Origin: Podarcis bocagei
Lineage: Eukaryota
Assembly (NCBI GenBank): GCA_964188305.1
Contig: OZ076898.1
Reading direction: 5' to 3' (one strand)
DNA length: 64,000 nt
The translations under genes and the position numbers were made by a program. A model generated the notes under the pieces. That model ran no database searches. It had not been told where the DNA came from and worked only from the letters and a program-made list of their open reading frames with translations. Shown here in pieces: positions 1 to 8,457 of the stretch; the first letter of the stretch is position 1; each line of letters opens with the position of its first letter.

Positions 1-66
1 TAATGAGCGAAATCATTAGCATGTTAATGGACTTGAAAACAACAACTTTAGAGAGACACTTTAAGG

Positions 67-204
67 CAGTGATTCCCAACTGGTGATCCGCATAACCCAC
101 CTGGGGGTCCATGTCACCACTGACATCACAAAAACTAGAAAGAGAGATATCAAAATTTTCAAAAGGTGGGGGGTCCACAGTATTTAGCTATTTGGGAACC
201 ACTG
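67..204. mobile_element. hAT (Charlie-like) MITE
   Basis: CAGTGATTCCCAA / TTGGGAACCACTG; 8-bp TSD CTTTAAGG / CTTTAAGA. Confidence 0.7.
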
Positions 205-1206
205 CTTTAAGATCAACCTATGAGGCCGTCCTGGTAGTCCCAACGAGAGACAAGATTAACATGATGGGGGCCAAAGTAGGGTTTATTCACTGGCAGTTCC
301 AAAACTCTGGAACAGTCTCGTCAATGAGATCTGTCTCTCTTCAGTGATACACACTTTCAGGAGGGAAGTGAGGATGAAGATATACCTCTGTCTCCAGGCT
401 TTTGGAAGAGAAGAGGTTTTTTTCCATAGCGTACAACAATTTAAAATATGGCATTAACAACAGTTTAATGTAAATTGCAATGTCAGACATAGGGTAGGTG
501 CTATTGAATTCAAGGGGGCTTGCTCCTAGGTTAGTTACATTAGGATTGCAGCCTTAACTGTAAAGAACTGCTGGGTGAGGGTTCGGAAAAATCAGGACCA
601 AGTTTTTTAAGAGGGAGAACCTACGTTTAGCCTAACATTCTTTTATCCCTTCCTCATCTCCTTCCTCTTTTCTTTTGCACACACTCCGATGTTTATTTAA
701 AGAGTATTGTCTACCTCTTCCTGGAAGAATATAAATATGTTAATTTTTTTAAAGCATTGTGTAAGGATTCCTTGCCAAGGATTTACTATTTTTAGTCCAC
801 AGTAATGAAAATGTTGCATTTTACACAACTTGATGGCTCTGTTCTTGCATTAAATTCCACCTTAGTTACAAGGAGCTTTGGACAGTTCCTCACAGCAGCA
901 GCAGCAGCAGCAACAACACCACCACCAACCATTTGAAGTAGGCTAGATGGAGATATAATGCCTGACCAAATAATGCCTGGCTCATCAGCCCCATGGCTGT
1001 ACAAAGATTAGAGCCCAGTTCCTATCCCCATAATGGACCCTCAAAAACATAGCTTATCAGATTCATATGTTGCCCTTCCCACAAGGAATTCAGGGCAGCA
1101 ATACAGGAAGTTCTCCCATTTTATCCTCACAACAACCCTATGGGGTATATTAGGTTGAGACACAATGATTGGGCCAGGCTTGAAAAAGGATTTAATATTA
1201 ACCATG

Positions 1207-1962
1207 TGTCAGAGCTGCTTCAAGATCCTAGCTCACAGAGGATCACGCTAACCAGTGGTCATTAAGTAAAAGTCTTTATTGAGTTACAGTTTCCATTCCC
1301 AAGCTGCTGCGTGCAACTCTACGTCTAATGGCTAGATCGGCGAAGCTCCGTCTGAGTCTCCGCCCCTTGTGCACCAACTTAATATCCTAGCCCTGCTCCA
1401 CCTTTTCCGCCTGACTGCTCTCCTCTGGGTCCCTCTGCCCCCCGGGGTCTCTTCCTTCCGGGATTCTTCTGACGCCGACCCCCCGGAACTCCCTGTCTCC
1501 TTGCGCCGGGCTTTAGGACCTGGCTCCCTTTCCTGGCTGCCTACTGCGTCACTTTCCTGTGCATTTGAACTTGGCGCGCGCGCCCAACCTTCCACTTTCC
1601 GTCTGACCGTTTCTTCGCTCCCCGATGGAGGTGTGGCCACTCCTGACTCGTGCCCTCCCCCCTGTTGCGAGCTGCCAGCGCTTGATCTCTGGCGCTCTTC
1701 CTCTTCCCTGCTCTCTGGCTGTGACGCTGGTCCCGATTTCCAACTGCTCTCCTCGGAGTCCCCTCTGGCTCTATCTTCCTGGGGTGTCCCCCTAGGCTCC
1801 CCCCTTGCCCTGACCACTGGTGCTCCTTTCTGTGAATCTTCTGATTCACTGGAAAGACTCGGAGATCTCGGGTCGTCGTCATCACTCATCTTTTCTTCTG
1901 CCTCCTCCCCCTCGCTCTCTGTTTCCTCCCTTGCCCTTGCCTCTGCTCCTGAACCCCTGACA
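1207..1962 (-). repeat. 3' LTR (756 bp)
   Basis: Direct repeat of 7011-7766 at offset 5804; poly(A) signal (- strand) at 1275-1280. Confidence 0.96.
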
Positions 1963-4900
1963 TCCATCCCCCCCTCGAAGCCCCCCGTTCCCCCCTCCCC
2001 TCCTTCCGGTGCGGGAACTGGGTGCTGCTGTGTCAGAGGGACGAACGTCGGATACAGTTCGCTTCCCGTGGCGGGCCTCCATCTGAAGTCTCCCGGTTCT
2101 GCCTCCCTGCTCTCGTCGACGACGGTCACCTCCGCTTCCATCTCTGTGCCGCCGTGCTCGAAACCAGGGTCGTCCCCGAAAACGTCCATGTCCGTCTCTC
2201 CCTCACTTCCTCCTGGCGGCGTTGCTCGTCCTGGACCTTCCTGCCACTTCCTGCGCCACTGCTCCTCTGGTCTATCGTCCCACCAATACGAGGGTTCTGA
2301 GGCAGATCCCGAGGGTGACCCCTCCGGGGAACGGGCGTCTCGTATCGGGTCCTCGTCCGAGTCGAACCCCCGGAACGTGCTGGCAAAAAGCGTTGGCGTG
2401 AAAAGCCAGTCGTCGAAAAAGTCTGCTGGCATTGGTCTATGTGGGAAGAGGGCATGAAACTCGTCTTTGAGCAGAGGTTCGTCCAAGGCGTAGCCCGGCA
2501 CCCAGCTGTTCGCACTGGCCGGGGTGCCCTCCTTGGCGAGAAGGTATTCTACCCCTTCTTCCCCCCATCTGGAGTCCAAAATCTCCGTGACTTCGTTGAT
2601 GCGTTCCTTCTGTGCCACTCCCGCGTGCCCGGTTCCTTCTCTGAGCGGACTCGGTGCCGTTCCGGGTTCCTGAAACCTGTGCGGTGCCTTGTAGGGAGTG
2701 AGCACCGATCTGTGGAACACCGGATGCATTCTGGAACCCTCCGGAAGCGCCAGCCTGAAAGCCACCGGGTTGACCTGCTCTTCGACTTGGTAGGGCCCCA
2801 GTTGCTTATGCCCCAGCTTCTTCTTGGCCAACGACCTGGCCGGCACTGCGTGGGCTGCTAACCAGACCCAGTCTCCCACATGGATCTCTTCGCCAACCCT
2901 TCTGTGTTTGTCCGCTTGCACCTTGTATGCATGTTTGGCCAGCTCCAGGTGTCGCCGCAGCTGATCGTGGACCTCCTGCAACTCCGACGCGAACGCATCT
3001 GCTGTCTGCGGCTCCCCCTCCCCCATCCTTTCCAGTCCCGGGAAGGTTCTGGGGTGCCTCCCGTTGTTAGCGAAGAACGGCGTGACCCCCGTGGACACGT
3101 GCTTCGTGTTGTTGTAGGCAAACTCGGCGAGCGGCAGGTAATCCACCCACGTCGCAGGCTGTTGATTCGCATAACATCTCAGGTACTGCTGCATGATGGC
3201 ATTGACCCGCTCCGCCTGCCCGTTGGTCTGCGGGTGTCTCGCCGACGCCAGGTTGATCTTGACGTTCACGAAGCCCATCAGCTTCTGCCAGAAATTCGAG
3301 ATGAACTGTCGCCCCCGGTCGGACAGAATAGACCGTGGCAGACCGTGAACCTTGAACACGTGGTCTATGAACAGTTTGGCGGTTTGCTCCGCCGTGGCCA
3401 CCTTGGCACACGGAATGAAATGTGCCATCTTGGAGAACAAGTCCACCACCACCAGTACGGCCGTCTTGCCCCTCGAGCTGGGCAGATCCGTGACAAAGTC
3501 CAGGGCCACTCTCTCCCATGGTTCGACCGGAGTTTGCAGCGGTTCCAACAGTCCGGCCGGCGGTTTGTGCACCGGTTTGGCCCTCTGGCAGGTGTCACAC
3601 CTCGCCACGTAGTCCGCGACCTCCCCTCTCATTCCGGGCCACCAGAAGTCCCTGGCGACTAATTCCACCGTCTTCTCCTTGCCAAAGTGCCCGGCAGTGG
3701 GCGCGTCGTGCAGCTGCTGCAGTACCTTGGCGCGAAGTTCGTCTCCCGGCACGTAGATGGCCCCTTTACGGATGAGCAATCCATCTCGCAGCTGGAACCC
3801 GTCGGTCGCTGCCGTGCCCCTGTGCACCTCTGCCATCTTTGCTTGCGCGAAGGAGTCATCCTGCAACGCTCGCCGCACCGCCTCCAGGTCCACTGTTGCC
3901 GCAGCGCACGCCCACACTGTTGGCGCGAAAATGTGCATGGCGGCCGCTGGCTTGGCGTCCTCCAGATATTGTGGCTTACGAGAGAGAGCGTCCGCCATGA
4001 TGTTGGTGTCCCCCGGGACATACTCTATTCGGAAGTTAAAGTTCGCAAAGAACTCAGCCCAACGTATCTGCCTTTGGTTCAGGAACTGTGCCGTGCGCCA
4101 GTGCTCCAGATTCTTGTGGTCCGTGCAGACCTGCACCGTGTGCTTGGCGCCGATCAGGAAGTGCCTCCATGCTTTGAATGCTGCATGAATGGCCAGCAAC
4201 TCCCTGTCCCAGATGGTGTAGTTCTGTTCGGACTTGCTGAGCTTCCTGGAGTAAAACGCTCCCGGCCGCCAAACCCCCTGCGGGTCTTTCTGCAGCAGGA
4301 CTGCTCCCACGGCTCTGTCCGAGGCGTCTGTCTCCACCCTCATCGGCCTGCTGGGGTCGACATGCAGCAGCTGCTCTTCCGACGCGAAGAGACGCTTGAG
4401 TGCCTGAAAGGACTGCTCCGCCTGCTCTGTCCAGATGAACTTCTTTTTCTTGGAGCTAAGCGTGTCCGTGATGGCCGCTGTCTGCATAGCGAAGCCTTTG
4501 ATAAACTTGCGATAGAAGTTCGCGAAGCCGACAAACCGTTGGACCTCCTTCCGGTTGCGTGGGCTCTTCCAGTCCAACACCGCTCGAACCTTGGCGCTGT
4601 CCATGGCGAGCCCCTTGTCAGACAACTTGTAGCCCAGAAAATCCACCTCCGTCACGTCGAATTGGCACTTCTCCAGCTTGGCGTAGAGCCTATGCTGCTG
4701 TAGCCTGCTTAGCACTTCTTTGACGTGTCTGTCATGCTCCTGCTGCGATTCCGAAAAGATCAGGATGTCATCTAAGAAACAGACGCACGTCTTGTAGAGG
4801 AGCCCCGCCAACACGTGATGCATGAACGCTTGAAAAACGTGGGAGCCATTTTGCAATCCAAAAGGCATAACTCTATATTCGTAGGTGCCCAGAGGCGTGA

Positions 4901-5903
4901 ACATGGCCGTCTTCCACTCATCCCCTTCCCGCATGCGAATGAGGTTGTACGCCCCTCGCAGGTCTAACTTGGTGAACACGCTGCCCTTCCGTACCTTTGC
5001 GAGGAGGTCGTCGATTCGGGGCATGGGGAAGTCCGATGGCTTGGTCACACTGTTTAAGATGCGATAGTCCACCACAAGTCTTTTTTGGGGTGTGTCCCGC
5101 TTCTTAACAAAGAATACAGGACTGCCCCCCGCTGCCTTGGACTCCCGGATGAAACCGCGCTCCAAATTATGATCTATGAACTCTTTGAGTTCCTGCAGTT
5201 CGTCCTCAGACATGGAATACAGCTTCCCTTTAGGCAGCGCCGCCCCCGGCAGCAGGTCAATTTTGCAGTCATATGGTCTGTGGGGGGGTAGCCTGTCTGC
5301 CTCCTTCTCGCAGAAAACCTCCAAAAATTCTGCGTACTTGTGGGGAATCGCTTGCAGCGTGCCTAGCAGCAGCTGTGACTCCTCTTCCTCTCCTTCCTGC
5401 CGGGGGACGATGCAGTGTTCAGCACAAAAGGCAGAGCCGAAGGTCAGCTGCCTCTGGTACCAAGCCAGCATTGGGCTGTGCTTGTCCAGCCAACTCATGC
5501 CCAATACAATGGGCGTGTCCGATAGTTGAGTGACGTTGAAGCTGATGATTTCCTTGTGATTCCCAAGGCGCATCACCATTGGTGGCGTCTGCTTCACCAC
5601 TTGCCCCCCTAGCAGCTCCCTGCCATCCACCGTGACCACCTGCAGGGGCAGCGTGGCCGGCAGCAACTGTATAGCGTGCCGGTCTACAAAGTCCTGCCCT
5701 ATAAAGTCCGCATTGCTTCCCGAGTCAATGGTGAGCGGCACGTCCATGGTGATTCCATTGGGCAGCTGGAGCGATGCGGTGAGCCTCACTACTGGTTTGG
5801 GCGGGAGGGGGTCCATGGGCTGTGAAATCTCCGGGGACTTCTTCACTGACACGTCTGGCTGGGCCCCATTGCCTCTTCCTCCAGCCAGACATCGTCGTTT
5901 CCC
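1332..5903 (-). CDS. pol: Pol (protease, RT, RNase H, integrase, GPY/F, chromodomain, long C-terminal tail), entered by -1 frameshift from gag
   Basis: PR IDSG; RT KLDLRGAY, MPFGL, FLDD; RH TDAS/RELLAI/TDH/ADALS; IN H-x6-H..CDTC, LDFV/SDRG/ERVN; GPY; chromodomain-like EILDSR..YLL..SW. The ORF-track start at 6020 is an alternative-codon artefact. Confidence 0.93.
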   Translation of the reverse strand, partial: GKRRCLAGGRGNGAQPDVSVKKSPEISQPMDPLPPKPVVRLTASLQLPNGITMDVPLTIDSGSNADFIGQDFVDRHAIQLLPATLPLQVVTVDGRELLGGQVVKQTPPMVMRLGNHKEIISFNVTQLSDTPIVLGMSWLDKHSPMLAWYQRQLTFGSAFCAEHCIVPRQEGEEEESQLLLGTLQAIPHKYAEFLEVFCEKEADRLPPHRPYDCKIDLLPGAALPKGKLYSMSEDELQELKEFIDHNLERGFIRESKAAGGSPVFFVKKRDTPQKRLVVDYRILNSVTKPSDFPMPRIDDLLAKVRKGSVFTKLDLRGAYNLIRMREGDEWKTAMFTPLGTYEYRVMPFGLQNGSHVFQAFMHHVLAGLLYKTCVCFLDDILIFSESQQEHDRHVKEVLSRLQQHRLYAKLEKCQFDVTEVDFLGYKLSDKGLAMDSAKVRAVLDWKSPRNRKEVQRFVGFANFYRKFIKGFAMQTAAITDTLSSKKKKFIWTEQAEQSFQALKRLFASEEQLLHVDPSRPMRVETDASDRAVGAVLLQKDPQGVWRPGAFYSRKLSKSEQNYTIWDRELLAIHAAFKAWRHFLIGAKHTVQVCTDHKNLEHWRTAQFLNQRQIRWAEFFANFNFRIEYVPGDTNIMADALSRKPQYLEDAKPAAAMHIFAPTVWACAAATVDLEAVRRALQDDSFAQAKMAEVHRGTAATDGFQLRDGLLIRKGAIYVPGDELRAKVLQQLHDAPTAGHFGKEKTVELVARDFWWPGMRGEVADYVARCDTCQRAKPVHKPPAGLLEPLQTPVEPWERVALDFVTDLPSSRGKTAVLVVVDLFSKMAHFIPCAKVATAEQTAKLFIDHVFKVHGLPRSILSDRGRQFISNFWQKLMGFVNVKINLASARHPQTNGQAERVNAIMQQYLRCYANQQPATWVDYLPLAEFAYNNTKHVSTGVTPFFANNGRHPRTFPGLERMGEGEPQTADAFASELQEVHDQLRRHLELAKHAYKVQADKHRRVGEEIHVGDWVWLAAHAVPARSLAKKKLGHKQLGPYQVEEQVNPVAFRLALPEGSRMHPVFHRSVLTPYKAPHRFQEPGTAPSPLREGTGHAGVAQKERINEVTEILDSRWGEEGVEYLLAKEGTPASANSWVPGYALDEPLLKDEFHALFPHRPMPADFFDDWLFTPTLFASTFRGFDSDEDPIRDARSPEGSPSGSASEPSYWWDDRPEEQWRRKWQEGPGRATPPGGSEGETDMDVFGDDPGFEHGGTEMEAEVTVVDESREAEPGDFRWRPATGSELYPTFVPLTQQHPVPAPEGGEGGTGGFEGGMDVRGSGAEARAREETESEGEEAEEKMSDDDDPRSPSLSSESEDSQKGAPVVRARGEPRGTPQEDRARGDSEESSWKSGPASQPESREEEERQRSSAGSSQQGGGHESGVATPPSGSEETVRRKVEGWARAPSSNAQESDAVGSQEREPGPKARRKETGSSGGSASEESRKEETPGGRGTQRRAVRRKRWSRARILSWCTRGGDSDGASPI
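1963..1977 (-). other. Polypurine tract
   Basis: G-rich purine tract (GAG, a G run, ATGGA) directly before the 3' LTR TGTCAG on the element sense strand. Confidence 0.85.
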
Positions 5904-6919
5904 TGCTGTGGTCCTCCTTGTTGCGTTGCTGCAGTTACCATTGCTGAGGCTGCAGTGTGCTTGTGGAGCCTCCGGGGACACTCTTTCGCCATATGCCCTG
6001 GATCCTCGCAGATGTAACACTTCCTGTTCCCTCTAGGAGGCTTCGCTTTCACTGTTGTCGGTGCTAGGGCTCTGGCTGCTGACTGAGCCCTTGCACTTCC
6101 AACTTCCATAGGTTCCACCCCTCCTCCTGGCGGAGGCGTGGATTGCGCACGCGCTGCTTCTCTGGGAAGGAAGGAGGAGCCCCTGGCTGGTTCGCGCCCG
6201 CCACGCCCTTCGTCCCTGCTCCACGGACGTTCTTCCAGCCGCACCCCCACTGCCAGCGCCCTCTGAACGATCTCCTGCGTGGTCCGGGGTCTCTCCCCCC
6301 TCGCAATTTCATCTTTAACCGAGCCGTGCAATCCCTCCCAAAACAGGTCTCTTACAGGAGCCGAATCCCTGTCCCATTCCAGAGCACTGACCAAAGCGAA
6401 AAAGCGGGCATGATACTGCCTTACGCTGGCCCTCCCTTGTTTCAGTCCATGTATCTGCTGCCGAGCAAGATCCACGTCAATGCTTGATAAGAAACACCCA
6501 TCCATCGCTTTAATAAAGGCATCCGCATTTGGGAGCGCCGGATCCTTATCCCTCCACAAATTGCGCAGCCATGCTTTTGCTTCCCCATGCAAATGGGACA
6601 TGATGAACCCCACTTTCTCTTGCTCATCTCTAAAGTCTTTTTGCAGCAGTTCCAGTGCGCACATTACATCTGCTCTAAAGTTGGGGTACTGCTGCAGGTT
6701 CCCATCGAAGTGAGAGACCAGACCGCCTGTTCGTCTCGCCAACCCAATTCCCTCCTGTTTGGGTGTCAGTTGCCCGTGCTTCGTAAGCATGTCCAACCTG
6801 ACCTGGAGATCCCAGCAGGCGGCAGCTGCCTCCTCCTCTCTCTTCCTGGATGCGAGAGCCTCGGCATTCAGTTGTGACACTGCTTTTCTGAGTTCCTCTA
6901 TCTGCTGCTCAGCCGTCAT
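5843..6919 (-). CDS. gag: Gag (358 aa): N-terminal coiled-coil, capsid-like region, CCHC zinc knuckle
   Basis: ATG about 90 nt after the 5' LTR; LKQGRASVRQY..F MHR-like motif; EPMEVG motif typical of sushi/PEG10-like gags; CYICEDPGHMAKEC knuckle. Confidence 0.93.
   Translation of the reverse strand: MTAEQQIEELRKAVSQLNAEALASRKREEEAAAACWDLQVRLDMLTKHGQLTPKQEGIGLARRTGGLVSHFDGNLQQYPNFRADVMCALELLQKDFRDEQEKVGFIMSHLHGEAKAWLRNLWRDKDPALPNADAFIKAMDGCFLSSIDVDLARQQIHGLKQGRASVRQYHARFFALVSALEWDRDSAPVRDLFWEGLHGSVKDEIARGERPRTTQEIVQRALAVGVRLEERPWSRDEGRGGREPARGSSFLPREAARAQSTPPPGGGVEPMEVGSARAQSAARALAPTTVKAKPPRGNRKCYICEDPGHMAKECPRRLHKHTAASAMVTAATQQGGPQQGNDDVWLEEEAMGPSQTCQ
5853..5903 (-). other. -1 ribosomal frameshift signal (G GGA AAC plus stem)
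   Basis: Slippery heptamer GGGAAAC at 5903-5897 in the gag/pol overlap; 10-bp stem GTCTGGCTGG/CCAGCCAGAC with arms at 5881-5890 and 5853-5862. Confidence 0.85.
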
Positions 6920-6997
6920 GTTGTCTGCCGTTCGTGAGCTAGCTAGTAGGCACCTGCTTCTCTCCTCTCCTCGAGGCTGTAGATGCCCACAATTTGG

Positions 6998-7008
6998 AGA
7001 CGGAGCTT
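6998..7008 (-). other. Self-priming primer-binding site
   Basis: Sense-strand AAGCTCCGTCT 2 nt after the 5' LTR; perfectly complementary to AGACGGAGCTT inside the LTR (7157-7147); no TGG tRNA-type PBS. Confidence 0.8.
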
Positions 7009-7010
7009 AC

Positions 7011-7766
7011 TGTCAGAGCTGCTTCAAGATCCTAGCTCACAGAGGATCACGCTAACCAGTGGTCATTAAGTAAAAGTCTTTATTGAGTTACAGTTTCCAT
7101 TCCCAAGCTGCTGCGTGCAACTCTACGTCTAATGGCTAGATCGGCGAAGCTCCGTCTGAGTCTCCGCCCCTTGTGCACCAACTTAATATCCTAGCCCTGC
7201 TCCACCTTTTCCGCCTGACTGCTCTCCTCTGGGTCCCTCTGCCCCCCGGGGTCTCTTCCTTCCGGGATTCTTCTGACGCCGACCCCCCGGAACTCCCTGT
7301 CTCCTTGCGCCGGGCTTTAGGACCTGGCTCCCTTTCCTGGCTGCCTACTGCGTCACTTTCCTGTGCATTTGAACTTGGCGCGCGCGCCCAACCTTCCACT
7401 TTCCGTCTGACCGTTTCTTCGCTCCCCGATGGAGGTGTGGCCACTCCTGACTCGTGCCCTCCCCCCTGTTGCGAGCTGCCAGCGCTTGATCTCTGGCGCT
7501 CTTCCTCTTCCCTGCTCTCTGGCTGTGACGCTGGTCCCGATTTCCAACTGCTCTCCTCGGAGTCCCCTCTGGCTCTATCTTCCTGGGGTGTCCCCCTAGG
7601 CTCCCCCCTTGCCCTGACCACTGGTGCTCCTTTCTGTGAATCTTCTGATTCACTGGAAAGACTCGGAGATCTCGGGTCGTCGTCATCACTCATCTTTTCT
7701 TCTGCCTCCTCCCCCTCGCTCTCTGTTTCCTCCCTTGCCCTTGCCTCTGCTCCTGAACCCCTGACA
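7011..7766 (-). repeat. 5' LTR (756 bp)
   Basis: TG...CA ends; ORF-track translations in four frames are identical to those of the 1207-1962 copy over the shared LTR span; AATAAA (- strand) at 7079-7084; TATA-like ATATTAA at 7183-7189. Confidence 0.96.
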
Positions 7767-8042
7767 CCATGCAATTCTGTACAAGTCTCATGTGAAGTAA
7801 TCCTATTGAGTTAAGTGGGATTTACCCCCACGTAAGTGAGTATAATATTTAGAGCCCCTTTTCTTCTTTTTTCTTCTGTTTTGGCTATTTTAGTATACGT
7901 TCTTCAGGACACTGACCTGTCTTGTGCATCTCTATACATGTCTTCTCAGAAGAGTTCAATGAGACTTGAGAGTAAGTGGGATAGGACTGAGTATAACATT
8001 TGAAGTAAAAAAAAAAAAGAAGGAAACAATGCTGTCATAGCT

Positions 8043-8457
8043 TAGTACGTTTCTGAGCACAATTCAAAATGTTCGTGCTGACCTTTAAAGCCCTAAACGG
8101 CCTCGGTCCTGTATTCCTGAAGGAGCGTCTCCACCCCCGTCATTCAGCCCGGACACTGAGGTCCAGCTCCGAGGGCCTTCTGGCAGTTCCCTCCCTGTGG
8201 GAAGTGAGGTGGCAGAGGGCCTTCTTGGTAGTAGCGCCCACCCTGTGAAACGCCCTCCCATCAGATGTCAAGGCAATAAGCAACTATTTTACTTTTTAAA
8301 GACATTTGAAGGCAGCTCTGTTTAGGGAAGTTTTTAATGTTTAATGCTGTATTGTGTTTTTAATATTCGGTTGGGAGCCGCCCAGAGTGGCTGGGGAAAC
8401 CCAGCCAGATGGGTGGGCTATAAATAATAAATTATTATGATTATGATTATGATTATA
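8043..8457 (+). mobile_element. L2 LINE 3' fragment
   Basis: Same family as 28940-29577; ATT/ATG microsatellite tail. Confidence 0.82.

Larger units (their letters stand above)
1207..7766 (-). mobile_element. Full-length Ty3/Gypsy LTR retrotransposon (sushi/chromovirus-like), apparently intact
   Basis: Two 756-bp direct repeats bounded by TGTCAG...CTGACA; 5-bp TSD CCATG at 1202-1206 and 7767-7771; gag plus PR-RT-RH-IN-chromodomain ORFs with no internal stops. Confidence 0.97.

Noticed and set aside
935-1015. DGDI...APWL peptide faintly like an upstream SKAP1 exon
   Set aside because: In-frame stop, no polypyrimidine tract and no suitable donor
1369-2457. 362-aa antisense ORF over the LTR and pol tail (and its 213-aa copy at 7173-7814)
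   Set aside because: Starts at GTG and is Ser/Pro/Leu low-complexity. The + strand here is very A-poor, so stops are rare by composition; no recognisable domain
2880-4703. Long + strand ORFs (260 and 338 aa) opposite pol
   Set aside because: Codon-aligned antisense shadows of a coding sequence with GC-rich third positions
5904-6020. ORF-track N-terminus of pol as an independent start
   Set aside because: Non-ATG start inside gag; the slippery site and stem explain pol entry better
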